64,000 bases of DNA from Candidatus Versatilivoraceae bacterium (GCA_965197895.1 OZ240232.1:330318-394317); one strand, 5' to 3'. Shown: positions 10,130-20,195, counted from the stretch's first letter. A program made the numbers and translations. The notes: generated from the letters alone by a model not told the origin.

Positions 10130-10729
10130 ATGGGAACCAAGAGAGCGATGACGATCTCGATGATATTGTTTTTGGGTCTGAGCATGTCTCTGATGGCGGA
10201 CGGGAAAACCGACTTCTCAGGCATCTGGGTGCTGGATCCCGCGAGGAGCGAGTTGGGTAGCGGAGGCCGTGGACTTGGCTCCGGCGGGTTCGGCGGAGGC
10301 GGTGGTGGCAGGTTGGGTGAAGGAGGACGACGAAGGAGGGACGCTTCAGACCGGCCTGGTATGGGACGCAAGGGCAAGGGAGGCGAAATGGGCAACCTGA
10401 CCATCGATCACCGAGAACCTCAGTTGATCATCCGGCAGACGATCAGCTTGCCGGGCGAAGAGCAGGTCCGTGAGTCCGAGCACACCACCAACGGGAGAGA
10501 ATTGACCCGGGAGGGTTTTGGCGGAACGCCCGCACGGTCGAAAACCTATTGGGAGGGCACACGACTCGTGACGGAAACCAGCATGGAGACTCCCATGGGG
10601 AGCATGGAGTCCAGGGAGGTTCGCAGCCTCTCCGATGACGGCAAGGTGATGACCGTCGAGAGAACGACCCGACGAATGCGGGGAGAGCGAACTCGGAAGT
10701 TGGTGTACGTGAAGCGATCGTCTCGCTGA
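10130..10729 (+). CDS. Secreted Gly/Arg-rich hypothetical protein
   Basis: An AAGGAGGG Shine-Dalgarno precedes the start. The product has a signal peptide (MTISMILFLGLSMSLMA) and a low-complexity glycine-rich segment. No family was recognised. Confidence 0.45.
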   Translation: MGTKRAMTISMILFLGLSMSLMADGKTDFSGIWVLDPARSELGSGGRGLGSGGFGGGGGGRLGEGGRRRRDASDRPGMGRKGKGGEMGNLTIDHREPQLIIRQTISLPGEEQVRESEHTTNGRELTREGFGGTPARSKTYWEGTRLVTETSMETPMGSMESREVRSLSDDGKVMTVERTTRRMRGERTRKLVYVKRSSR

Positions 10730-10848
10730 GAACAGGTAGAGTTCCGCCTCACCGGCCATGTGGTCGATTCCTGCCGGGTTTCTCACCTCCCGAAGGACCT
10801 CTCTCGATGGTTCTGACATGGCCGAACCCGAAAGCGGCTCCACGCGAC

Positions 10849-10885
10849 TTGACAAATCTTTACCGAGTGTTGACGCACTCTTTAC
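10849..10885 (+). promoter_or_regulatory. Conserved motif copy B, 78 bp upstream of the M48 peptidase gene
   Basis: Sequence is TTGACAAATCTTTACcgagtgtTGACGCACTCTTTAC. Confidence 0.5.
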
Positions 10886-10962
10886 CTCTTTTGCGATCAA
10901 GTTGGAATCCATTCAAGTGAGGAAGGAATCTGAAAGATGTGGAACTTGACAAGGAGGGCGAC

Positions 10963-11955
10963 ATGCAATTTCTCAGACGATTTTTCCTAGTACCTTTGTT
11001 GACAATGAGCCTCGTCAGCGGCGTTCCCTTGGGTGCCAAGGCCCCCAAGAACTCCAACGTGGACGAGATCGGAAATCGTAACGTCAACAAGGGAAACTGG
11101 AATCTGATTTCGATAGAGAAGGAAATAGCCCTGGGCCGACAACTCTCCCAGCAGATCGAACGTCAAGTCAAGCTGGTTGAGGATCCTGAAGTCACGGAGT
11201 ATGTAAACCGCGTTGGACAGAACATCGTTCGCAACTCGGATGCCAAGGTGCCTTTTACTATCAAGGTGATCGACTCGGAAGAAATCAATGCCATGGCCTT
11301 GCCCGGAGGGTTCCTCTACGTCAATAGTGGACTGATTACCGCAGCCGACGACGAATCGGAAGTCGCGGGTGTGATGGCCCATGAGATTGCTCACGTCACC
11401 GCCCGCCACGCCACCGAGCAGCAAACCAAAGCCACTATTGCCAACTATGCCATGGTCCCTCTGATTTTTCTCAGCGGAGGCATCGCATCGGCGATCTACA
11501 ACGCTTCAAGCTTCTTGATTCCCATGCAATTTTTGCGGTTCAGTCGAAAGGCTGAAACCGAGGCAGACTACCTGGGGCTTCAGTATATGTACAAGACCGG
11601 CTACGACCCGAATGGATTTGTTTCCTTCTTCGAGAAACTGCAAGCCCAGAAAAAGAAGAAGCGGGGCAAGTTGGCCGTAGCGTTCTCGACCCACCCTCCG
11701 ACCCACGAGCGGATCAAAAAAACTCAGGCACACATCGAAAAGATTCTGCCGGAGCGCGACCAGTACATCATAAACACCACCGACTTTGACAAGGTCAAAG
11801 CCAAGCTCATTGCTATGGAAAATGTCAAGCGGCCATCACCAGGGGAACAACAAAAGCGACCCAGCTTAAAGCGCCGTACTCCTGGGGAGGTTCATGCGGA
11901 GGAAGAGCCACAACCTGATGATGACGATCGCCCCGTGTTGAAACGGCGCTCCTGA
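10963..11955 (+). CDS. M48-family zinc metallopeptidase (HtpX/BepA-like), secreted
   Basis: Carries the HEIAHVTARH HExxH motif typical of M48. The chosen start is MQFLRRFF.., preceded by an AAGGAGGG Shine-Dalgarno, and the product has a signal peptide. Confidence 0.75.
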   Translation: MQFLRRFFLVPLLTMSLVSGVPLGAKAPKNSNVDEIGNRNVNKGNWNLISIEKEIALGRQLSQQIERQVKLVEDPEVTEYVNRVGQNIVRNSDAKVPFTIKVIDSEEINAMALPGGFLYVNSGLITAADDESEVAGVMAHEIAHVTARHATEQQTKATIANYAMVPLIFLSGGIASAIYNASSFLIPMQFLRFSRKAETEADYLGLQYMYKTGYDPNGFVSFFEKLQAQKKKKRGKLAVAFSTHPPTHERIKKTQAHIEKILPERDQYIINTTDFDKVKAKLIAMENVKRPSPGEQQKRPSLKRRTPGEVHAEEEPQPDDDDRPVLKRRS

Positions 11956-12084
11956 TCGGCAGACCATCCCGGAGTGGGAAGGTTAGCGAGACTTGCGGGA
12001 GTCACTTCACGGGGTGGCAAAAGGAAAGGTTTGCCGGCAGAAGTGTCTCAAGACGGTTTTCCTCAAACGTGAAACGCTTCGAAC

Positions 12085-13818
12085 TCAACTTTCAAGTTCT
12101 GGGCGTTGGTGTCGCTCGGGGCGACCCTCACGCCGATTTCTGCCGCCAAAGCCACCGTCCGTCCTGCCCGGCTCACGCGAGCGTCTTCCCCTGAACATTC
12201 GACTCATTCCGTCCCGGAACTCTGCCAGTGTCACTGCACCGTCCCGGTCGGCATCAATCCGTTCCAGATTGTCGCGCATTCGTCCAGGGACTTCTTCGCC
12301 CGTGAGCTTGCCATCGCCATTGGCATCACGGCGCTGGAAGAAAGCCGAAAGGTCGAAGCCGCCACGCCGGCTGCGCCCGCCGCGACGGCCGCCGAATCGC
12401 CCTGGGCCTGCCGGTGTGACCGGAGGTGAGGGTTCCCCCTGGACCTTTGGTGGGGCAGGGGCTGCCTCAGCCTGTTGGCCGGTGGTGCTGTCTTGGTCCT
12501 CCCTCAGTGTGAGGCTGTAGAGATGCTTGCTGGAACGCAGGAATAGTTGCCCCCTGCTGATGGCCGGTGTGGCGCTGAAGTCTTCGCCGACGGATGCCAG
12601 GTGGTTGACGGCGAGCTGTGCGAATCTGTCACTGGCCTTGAGTACGAAAACCTGACCTGAGCGTGCCACGTAGTAGATCCTTCCATCCCCGATAACCGGC
12701 GATGCGTAGTCTCCTCCGAAGCCGCCCCGAGTTGACTGGCTGGCGTCGGTGGTTCTCAGGCGGTCCTTGAAGATTTCCGTGCCAGTCTTGGCATCGATAC
12801 AGGTCACGATCTTATTCGAGAAAGTGTAGAGGCGTCCCTGGTAGAGGATCGGTGTCGCCGTGCGATTGGCATGGCGGGCAGACCAGAGCACACGGGATTC
12901 GGTAACGTCGCGCCTTCCGCCAGCCCGAACCGCTACCCCTCCACCTCCCCCTGGTCCGGATTCAACGGCATAAACGATGCCGTCTTGAGAGATCACGCTA
13001 GAATTGAAATTTGAAGGCGGCAACCCCGTGGAATACCAGCGCAGCCTACCGCTGTTGGGATTGAAGCCCCAGACCTCTTTGGGGACAGCAATCACGAGGT
13101 CTGTCCGGGTTCGGTCGACGTGAGCCAATGCCGGAGTCCCCCAGGTGGCGTTGAAGCCTGCAGCCTCCTGCCTCCAAACCTCTTTCCCCGTCTTTTTGTC
13201 CAAGCCCACCAAGGCTTCACTTTCAGCGGTCGCCGTGACGATGAGCAGATCCTTGTAAAGAATGGGACTGGAAGCGGATCCGCGACCCTGGGGATCCGAT
13301 TCAATGCCGATGCGCTTTTGCCAGAGTTTCTTCCCGTCCATGTCGAAGCATAAGGCTCCGCTCTTGCCAAAGTAGACATAAACGCTCTGGCCGTCGGAAA
13401 CCGGTGTGTGCGAGGCATAACCGTGTTGGGTGATCATCCCGCTGTACTTGATTTCCGGCAGAACAGCCTCGACTTCTCTTGACCAGAGGAGTTTGCCCGT
13501 ATGACGATTGATGCAGATCAGGTGGCGCCGCAGTTGCTTCAGCTCACCGGGGTTTCTGCGATCCGTCCCATATCCCGACCAACTGGTAACGAACACTTTG
13601 TCACCGACCACGATCGGGCTCGAGGATCCCGGTCCGGGCAGCCGGCTCTTCCAATGGAGGTTTCGGGTCGCACTCCAGCTTACGGGCAGGGGATCTTGGT
13701 CGGTGCTCACGCCCGAGCCGTTCGGTCCCCGAAAGCGGGTCCAATCAGCATAAACAACTGAAGACCAAAAGAATATGCAAACCGATACCATCATCTGCAC
13801 GACTATTCGTTGAAACAC
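12085..13818 (-). CDS. PQQ-like beta-propeller repeat protein with two C-terminal EF-hand Ca-binding loops
   Basis: Shows repeated PQQ/BamB-like blade motifs. Two canonical EF-hand loops are present (DANGDGKLTGEE and DADRDGAVTLAE). The chosen start is GTG at 13818, after an AAGGAG Shine-Dalgarno, giving the signal peptide MFQRIVVQMMVSVCIFFWSSVVYA. The ORF track extends to 13875. Confidence 0.6.
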   Translation of the reverse strand: MFQRIVVQMMVSVCIFFWSSVVYADWTRFRGPNGSGVSTDQDPLPVSWSATRNLHWKSRLPGPGSSSPIVVGDKVFVTSWSGYGTDRRNPGELKQLRRHLICINRHTGKLLWSREVEAVLPEIKYSGMITQHGYASHTPVSDGQSVYVYFGKSGALCFDMDGKKLWQKRIGIESDPQGRGSASSPILYKDLLIVTATAESEALVGLDKKTGKEVWRQEAAGFNATWGTPALAHVDRTRTDLVIAVPKEVWGFNPNSGRLRWYSTGLPPSNFNSSVISQDGIVYAVESGPGGGGGVAVRAGGRRDVTESRVLWSARHANRTATPILYQGRLYTFSNKIVTCIDAKTGTEIFKDRLRTTDASQSTRGGFGGDYASPVIGDGRIYYVARSGQVFVLKASDRFAQLAVNHLASVGEDFSATPAISRGQLFLRSSKHLYSLTLREDQDSTTGQQAEAAPAPPKVQGEPSPPVTPAGPGRFGGRRGGRSRRGGFDLSAFFQRRDANGDGKLTGEEVPGRMRDNLERIDADRDGAVTLAEFRDGMSRMFRGRRSREPGRTDGGFGGRNRREGRPERHQRPELES

Positions 13819-14128
13819 TTTCAAGCTCCTTTGCCCTGAAGACAGTCCTTTGACTGCATCAGGGTTAGTTGACAAAAACTCCGGCTATTGACATTAGAAC
13901 GTCCCGGATTCTTGCTTGGTTTCCTTGAATTAGCTGTTGGGCCCTAAGGACTTGTGGGATTCCGAAAGTGCAGTTGCCCCCGTCGCCTGAGGTTTGCAGG
14001 TAGATGATAGGAACCTCCTTTTCCAAAGCACACTGCTTCGGTCCACAGCGCACCCTGAGACCTGCCAATGCATTCAACCGCTCGGTCAGCGCCGGTGTGG
14101 CTGTTGCAGATAGTTCGGTTGCCCAACC

Positions 14129-14168
14129 TTGATGACAAAACTTTACGTGGTGCTGACCAACTCTTTAC
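14129..14168 (+). promoter_or_regulatory. Conserved motif copy C, 141 bp upstream of the BON-domain gene
   Basis: Sequence is TTGATGACAAAACTTTACgtggTGCTGACCAACTCTTTAC. Confidence 0.5.
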
Positions 14169-14308
14169 ATCGATTTTGGGCGAAGGCGCGTCTATAGGAA
14201 TGTCAGCGGCATCAGGCAACCATCAGGCTGTCTGAGTGCTCTCATTACCGGGCCGGCAGGGATTCAACCATTGGCAAGAATCCGGCTCGAGCCCCATCAG
14301 GAGGATGA

Positions 14309-14893
14309 ATGATGATGAAAACATTGACTAAAGTAACAACGACTTCTTTTTTTGTGGCCGTGCTGTTGACCGTACCGTTGGCTTGCTGGGCCGGCAACCC
14401 GGGGGCTGCAGGGGCTGTGGCTGAGAATCCTTCGACGCAGGATCAGAGAGTTCTGGAAAACAAGGTCAGGCACGAACTGGTCATGCTTCCCTACTTCAGC
14501 GCCTTCGACCACCTCGGTTTTCAGGTTGATGGTGATGCCGTTCAGTTGATCGGCCAGGTCACCAGCCCAAGCTTGAAGAATTCTGCCGCAAGAGTGGTGG
14601 AAAGAATCGAGGGCATTACCAAGGTCGTCAATAATATTGAAGTGTTGCCGAACTTGCCTGGTGACGATCAGATTCGACTGGAGGTCTATCGTGCCCTTTA
14701 CAACCGGGGGAGTCGTCTTTTCCCTTACAGCCTGGGCGACTACGAAGGGATCGGGATCATTGTGAAACGGGGACACGTGACCCTCGTCGGCATGGTCAAC
14801 AGCGAGCCGGACAAGAATTTTGCCTACCTGAGGGCTCTGGCAGTCCCGGGAGTGTTCTCGGTGACCAATAGCCTCGTCGTTCAGAAAAGCTAA
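14309..14893 (+). CDS. BON-domain (OsmY-like) periplasmic protein
   Basis: A GGAGGATGA Shine-Dalgarno precedes the start. The product has a signal peptide and two BON-like modules (LPYFSAFDHLGFQVDGDAVQLIGQV.. and HVTLVGMVNSEPDK). Confidence 0.7.
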   Translation: MMMKTLTKVTTTSFFVAVLLTVPLACWAGNPGAAGAVAENPSTQDQRVLENKVRHELVMLPYFSAFDHLGFQVDGDAVQLIGQVTSPSLKNSAARVVERIEGITKVVNNIEVLPNLPGDDQIRLEVYRALYNRGSRLFPYSLGDYEGIGIIVKRGHVTLVGMVNSEPDKNFAYLRALAVPGVFSVTNSLVVQKS

Positions 14894-15105
14894 GGCCGGA
14901 GGTTTTTGACGGCCGGCCTCGCACCAAAGGTGGGGCATCCTCTCTCCTGTGTCTCACCTTCTGGTCGCATTCCACCAGTGAGTAGTCCATTTCTGCGAAT
15001 TGTCCGGACAAACCAAATCCCTGGATAGACCAATTCAGTCATCACTTTTCGCCAACAGGAGTGAATCAATCCATCGGTCGCTCGATGCGCCAGTAGGGAC
15101 TTTTT

Positions 15106-15120
15106 GAGGCCTGTGCGCTG
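15106..15120 (+). repeat. IS terminal inverted repeat (GAGGCCTGTGCGCTG), left end of copy 1
   Basis: The reverse complement is present at 17072-17086 and, with 1 mismatch, at 31891-31905. Confidence 0.65.
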
Positions 15121-15362
15121 TTGGGAACCCCTTGAAGAGCAAGGGATTTCAAGGGGGGCAAGATAACTTTACCCCAAGGGCACCCAGGATTATCAAGGGT
15201 TTGGAAGAGCTGGGGAGGGAAAATGGCGGGATTTGACCCCAAGGGCCAAGGGGGCTTGTGCCCAAGGGATTGGAGGGGATGGGGAGGAGTCCGACAGAGG
15301 TCAAGCTCAGCCGCTGCGGGCGGAAACTACTGGCTTTTGGGATCTCTATATGCTAGAATGCA

Positions 15363-16857
15363 TTGAAGTTAACTCTGAGGCCAGCGACAGGAGGAAGCGA
15401 CGTGGTGAACCGTAACCGTCCCTTGTTTTCGTGGAGCGATGTGGAACGCCGGCCGGAGTTGGAGCGTCTGGAGATGGTGCTGAAGGCCCTGCCGGACGAA
15501 GACCTGCTGAGGGCGCTGGAGCGGCGGCGGGGACGGGGACGGGACGACTATCCGATCCGGGCGATGTGGCGGGCGCTAGTGGCGGGGATCGTCTTCCAGC
15601 ATGTCTCGGTGGAGTCGTTGCTGCGGGAACTGAGGCGCAATCCGGCGCTGTTGGATGTGTGCGGGTTTGATCCGATGGGTCCGCGGCGTCGGCCCAAGGG
15701 GGGAGGCGTTTGGGGGTTGCGGGGAAAGAAGGGGGATGGGGTGCCGTCGGCCTGGAACTTCTCGCGGTTTCTCAGTGCGGTGGTCAAGCAGGAGGAGAAG
15801 CAGGGAGGGATTGCAGCGATGATGCGGCACGTGCGGGAGCAACTGATGGAGGAGGTGGAAGACTTCGGGGAGCATCTGGGCTACGACGGGAAGGCGATTG
15901 AGAGCCATTCGACGGGACAGGAGAACCGGAAGACGGGGGCAGCCCTCGGATCCGGATGCGGACTGGGGGAAGCACGAGACGCGGGGGGTGGACGGCAAGA
16001 CGGGGAAGCTGTGGAGGAAGATCAAGACCTGGTTCGACTACCGGGTGCACCTGATCGCCGACACCCGCTACGAGATTCCGGTGGCCTGCCGGGTGAGGCG
16101 GGCCTCGCAATCGGAGGTGAAACAACTGGAGGCGATGACGGAGGAGTTGTTCGAGGAGACGCCGGCATTGGCGGAGCGATGCCGGGACTTCAGCGCGGAC
16201 CGCGGCCTCGACAGTGGGCCGGTCAAGGCGAAGTTATGGGACGACTACGGCATCCGTCCCTTGATCGAACCCCGGCAGTTGTGGAAGGAGGAGAAGCAGG
16301 AGGGGGGCTACGACCCCGGCGAGGCGATCACGCGGCCGCTCTATCCGGACCGGGCCGACACCATCGTGCATACCGAAAAGGGGGAGGTCGGCTGCCTCTG
16401 CCCTGAAACCGGCCGGCAGCGACGCCTGGCCTTCCAGGGCTTTGAGGCGGCGCGGGGAACGCTGAAGTACCGCTGCCCGGCGGCGGCTTACGGGTATGGC
16501 TGTGCCGGCCGGCAACGCTGTTACCGGGCCGCGGGCTCGCAGGCGGGGGCGTTCGGGCGCATCGTGCGCATTCCCCTGGCCACCCAGGATCGGCGCATTT
16601 TCACCCCGACCCCCTACGGGAGCCCGTCCTGGAAGCGGAGCTACCGGCGTCGCCCTGCGCTGGAGCGGATCTACAGCCGCCTGGACAACGACTTCGGGTT
16701 CGAGCGGCACTTTCTGCGCGGGCACAGCCGGGTGAGGGCCCGGGTCTGCCTCGCCCTGACGGTGATGATGGCTCTCGCTCTGGCCCAAGCCCGGGCCGGA
16801 CACCGGGAAAGAATGCGCTCGCTGGTTGATGCGATTCCTTTCGCCGATACCGGATAG
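15363..16857 (+). pseudogene. DDE transposase (IS5/IS1182-like) split into two frames by a ~10-bp indel near 15930
   Basis: ORFs 15363..16406 and 15898..16857 together align colinearly with the intact 487-aa copy at 30145..31608. Copy 1 has cgacgggacaggagaaccggaagacgggggcagccctcggatcc where copy 2 has cgacggggaggaagagggggaagacctcggatcc. Confidence 0.65.
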
Positions 16858-17171
16858 CGACGGCTCTCCTCGACTCGGGTCATCACCCCTGAGGCAATCG
16901 AGACGGTTGGAGAAACCGGAGGGTTTGCTGACGCCGAACGGTTTCGGTTCGGCGCATCGAACCCGTTTGTCCCCGCGACGGCGCCAAGGAGAAGCCCCCC
17001 TGGTCGCTACAGTGGCCCGCTCGCGGCCGACAGAGCACCTCCGGGTCTCTACCAGCAGCCCGAAAGCGCCACAGCGCACAGGCCTCTCTTTGAGACCTGC
17101 GGAGGACTGTGCTACTTTTGTGTCGGGGTTCAGCAACCGACCTTGCCTTGGAGCAATGGTTTCGGAGAGTC

Positions 17172-18317
17172 ATGGTTCGACGCGATCGGCAGCTCAGTCC
17201 ATCCGGCATTTATGGAGTCCTCGGACTCCGCCCGTTCATCAATGCGGGAGGGAGCTACACTCGGTTCAGCGGATCTCTCATGCCTCCTCAGGTCGTCAAA
17301 GCCATGGAGGAAGCCTCCAGGAGATATGTTTCCATCCCGGAGCTGCAAGAGGCCGTTGGACAACAGATAGCCGCTTGGCTTGGTGCCGAGGCGGCGTTGG
17401 TGACTTGTGGTTGCGCCGCAGCCCTGACCCTGGCGACCGCAGCTTGTGTTTGTCGAGGTGACGAAGACAAGATGAGACGTTTACCTGATACCCGGGGAAT
17501 GAAGAACGAAGTTATTCTGCAGGGTTCTCATCGAGTAGAGTACGACCATGCCCTTCGCAACGTTGGAGTCAAGCTGATCGAGGTTGGTAGTGGACAGGAG
17601 CTGGAAGCTGCGATCAACTCCAGGACCGCCATGCTTTTTTTTCTGAACATGGCTGAACACCGCGGAGAAATCAACCGAAAGGACTTTGTTGGAATTGCAA
17701 AGCGCTCGGGTGTGCCCTGTCTTATAGATGCCGCCGCTGATATTCCACCTGTAGAAAATCTGAGTGCCTTGACCAAAATGGGCTACGATCTGGCGGCTTT
17801 CAGCGGGGGTAAAGGCCTCAGGGGTCCACAATCTTCCGGTCTGTTGTTGGGGCGGAACGACTTGATTCAGGCAGCCTCTTTAAATTCATCACCTCACCCC
17901 GACCGTCTCGGTCGAGTGGCTAAGGTTGGCAAAGAGGAAATCATTGGTCTCTGGAAGGCGCTGGAGTTGTACTTGAAGAGAGATCATCAGGCTGATTGGA
18001 AGCGATGGGAGGATCAGCTTCAGGTGATTGCCAAGACCTTAGGTGGCATTCCGGGTATCAGCACCCAACGCTTCGTTCCCGTCATTTCCAGCCAAGTCCC
18101 TCACTTGGCCATTGAGTGGGATGCTCGGAATCTCAAGTTTAGTAGGGACCATTTCGTGGAAGCGCTCCGTCAGGGTGAGCCGAGGATTGAGGTCACGCCC
18201 ATTCCTACCAAGGGTCCCCGCTTGGAGTTAAGCTCATGGATGCTTGAGCCAGGCGAGGAGGAGTTGGTCGCCCGCCGCTGTAAAGAGGTACTAAAAGACT
18301 TTATCGCAAAGACTTAG
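17172..18317 (+). CDS. SelA-like / DgaE-like PLP-dependent enzyme (L-seryl-tRNA selenium transferase-related family)
   Basis: YGVLGLRPFINAGGSYTRFSGS.. and AALVTCGCAAALTLA match the DgaE/SelA-like N-terminus. The start could be 17109 or 17172. The ORF begins only 23 bp after the IS right end. Confidence 0.55.
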   Translation: MVRRDRQLSPSGIYGVLGLRPFINAGGSYTRFSGSLMPPQVVKAMEEASRRYVSIPELQEAVGQQIAAWLGAEAALVTCGCAAALTLATAACVCRGDEDKMRRLPDTRGMKNEVILQGSHRVEYDHALRNVGVKLIEVGSGQELEAAINSRTAMLFFLNMAEHRGEINRKDFVGIAKRSGVPCLIDAAADIPPVENLSALTKMGYDLAAFSGGKGLRGPQSSGLLLGRNDLIQAASLNSSPHPDRLGRVAKVGKEEIIGLWKALELYLKRDHQADWKRWEDQLQVIAKTLGGIPGISTQRFVPVISSQVPHLAIEWDARNLKFSRDHFVEALRQGEPRIEVTPIPTKGPRLELSSWMLEPGEEELVARRCKEVLKDFIAKT

Positions 18318-18615
18318 GGTGCTATGGCTTCGTTGCCGGTGTTGCTGTTCTGCCACCAATAATCTCCACCTCTCGGTTCGGCTTTTGCATCCTTGTTGGC
18401 CGGAGGAGCATCCCGGCAATCGATTTGACCTGACTTCTCGGGCCTTTGGCCATGGCTGAACTCATTGCAGGACGACTGCTCTGGCTGGGGTTTGAGAGAG
18501 GTCAGCCCCGCTGGCGACCTGCAGCACGGGATCGCCCCTAATGGCCCGGATTCGATCCTCAGTCTGGCCTCAGGTCGACTTGGATGATAAGGAAAAAGTC
18601 GATCACAAAGAAGGG

Positions 18616-18870
18616 ATGATCAAGGGGGAGTCATCTCGCAAGGATGATGCGGCCGAGATCGCTGTTGGAGCTGCTATCGGCGCCGGAATCGGTGGGATTT
18701 CAGGGGGTGGCAAGGGAGCTGCTATCGGAGCAGGCATCGGCGGACCGGTTGGATTGGTGGATTTGATGCGGCGAAAGGGTAAACCTATCGAGATACCTGC
18801 GGGAACCCTTATGGTCATCCGTCTGGATCGTCCGCTTCAGGTTATGACCGCCGAGCGCGAAAACAACTGA
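18616..18870 (+). CDS. Glycine-zipper small protein (YMGG/Gly-zipper-like)
   Basis: AVGAAIGAGIGGISGGGKGAAIGAGIGGPVG is a glycine-zipper motif. The start is uncertain (ORF track 18541). Confidence 0.35.
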   Translation: MIKGESSRKDDAAEIAVGAAIGAGIGGISGGGKGAAIGAGIGGPVGLVDLMRRKGKPIEIPAGTLMVIRLDRPLQVMTAERENN

Positions 18871-19044
18871 TCTTCGCATTTAGGTTTCGGTTTGGGTTCA
18901 AGCCTTAAATCCTCGCCCCAGGGTGTAGTGGCTTACCCACCCGTCCCTGGTGCGCCAGTCCCACCGGCAGGCGCTGTCCTGCTCAACCATCCTCAGGGCC
19001 GTCCCCAGGCTTCAAGGTCCGCCGTCAGTTCTCACTCCTCAGGG

Positions 19045-19821
19045 CTAAATGCAATATCCCCCGTCCAGCAGGATGTTTTGCCCTGTGATATAGCGAGAAG
19101 CCTCGGAAGCCAGGAAGAGCGCCACTCCTTTGATATCGTCATATTCGGCCATTCTCCCCAGAAAGACGCGACGGTTGTACTGAGACAGAAAGGGCTCTTT
19201 AGCCACTTCAGGGTTATAGCCGCCGGGTGAAATGGTGTTGACCCGAACACCGCTGGGACCGGCCCAAGCCGCCAGGTACTTGGTTAGACCAACCAATCCA
19301 TGCTTGTGAAACTGATAATCGGGTGGAGTGGTCATGTTGGTGCCGGCATAGTTGCTGAAGTCCGGCGCGACGACACCCTGGACGGATCCGATGTTGATGA
19401 CGGTCCCCTGTTTTCGTTTCATCATCGGATCCAGAAAGGCCCGCGAGATGGTGAAGAGTCCGGTGGCATTGACCTCCATCGATTGCCGCCAGTCATCGAG
19501 AGGGGCGCCATAGCTCCGCATGGACCGTCCCACCGAGTTATTGACCAGAATATCCACCGCACCATGTCGCTTCAGGATTCGCTCACTGAAGGCCAAAATC
19601 GATTCCGTACTCGCTTGATCGTAGCTCTCTCCACCGGCCTTCAATCCGCGACCCACTAACTTGGCCGCCCACTCTTCACAGCGGGTCTTGTTGCGAGAAG
19701 CGATAATCACAAAGGCCCCAGCTTCTGCCAGGGCTTCCGACATGGGAGTCCCATAGAGTCCGGTGCCGCCGGTTACGATGGCCGTGCGCCCGGACAGATC
19801 AAACAGTTCGCGCACATGCAT
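19045..19821 (-). CDS. SDR-family oxidoreductase
   Basis: Rossmann TGGTGLYG motif with the NNSVG and YxxxK pattern. Confidence 0.75.
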   Translation of the reverse strand: MHVRELFDLSGRTAIVTGGTGLYGTPMSEALAEAGAFVIIASRNKTRCEEWAAKLVGRGLKAGGESYDQASTESILAFSERILKRHGAVDILVNNSVGRSMRSYGAPLDDWRQSMEVNATGLFTISRAFLDPMMKRKQGTVINIGSVQGVVAPDFSNYAGTNMTTPPDYQFHKHGLVGLTKYLAAWAGPSGVRVNTISPGGYNPEVAKEPFLSQYNRRVFLGRMAEYDDIKGVALFLASEASRYITGQNILLDGGYCI

Positions 19822-20195
19822 GATGTTTCTCCTCTCAGAAGTTGGTTTTTGGCGGGGAAGAACGGCTGTTGTATCGTTTTCCCAAGACGAACGCCTATCA
19901 TAACCTTACTGTCTTTTTCCTACCTTCGTATTTCAGCCGCATTATTGGAAGCAAGACCCAGACAGAGCTCCACTGCCTGGCCCGCACTGATCACCGGGTC
20001 GCTCGGCGCAGGATGAATAATATTTTATCTTCAGCAGTTGGCCAGCGATCTATGGATTTCTTGCCGGTACACAGGGTGCCGGCGCGCCCTGGCTGGTCTT
20101 TTTCCCTTCAGCGCGCACCTGTTCCCCCGAGAGTAGTCCCCCGCTACGCTTGTGGTGGCGAGCACGCGCTGAAGGGAAAACTGCCTGCCCGCTCC

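Larger units (their letters stand above)
15106..17086 (+). mobile_element. IS element copy 1 (IS5/IS1182-like, ~1.98 kb), transposase inactivated by frameshift
   Basis: Terminal inverted repeats GAGGCCTGTGCGCTG (15106-15120) and CAGCGCACAGGCCTC (17072-17086). The whole unit, including a ~255-bp 5' leader and a ~230-bp 3' tail, is repeated inverted at 29914-31905 with roughly 90% identity. Confidence 0.7.

Noticed and set aside
15363-16857. A programmed ribosomal frameshift in the transposase of IS copy 1.
   Set aside because: Copy 2 encodes the same protein as a single 487-aa ORF. The copy-1 disruption corresponds to a 10-bp indel, so it is a mutation rather than a recoding site.
16234-17136. 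A 300-aa ORF antisense to the transposase in IS copy 1 (and its counterpart 29950..30762 in copy 2).
   Set aside because: It lies entirely within and opposite the transposase gene. The composition is Arg/Pro/Gly-rich, typical of GC-driven spurious antisense frames, and no domain is recognisable.
18480-18560. A tRNA-like GGATTCGATCC segment.
   Set aside because: It lacks the flanking acceptor-stem and anticodon-arm pairings. It lies within the coding and leader region of the Gly-zipper ORF.
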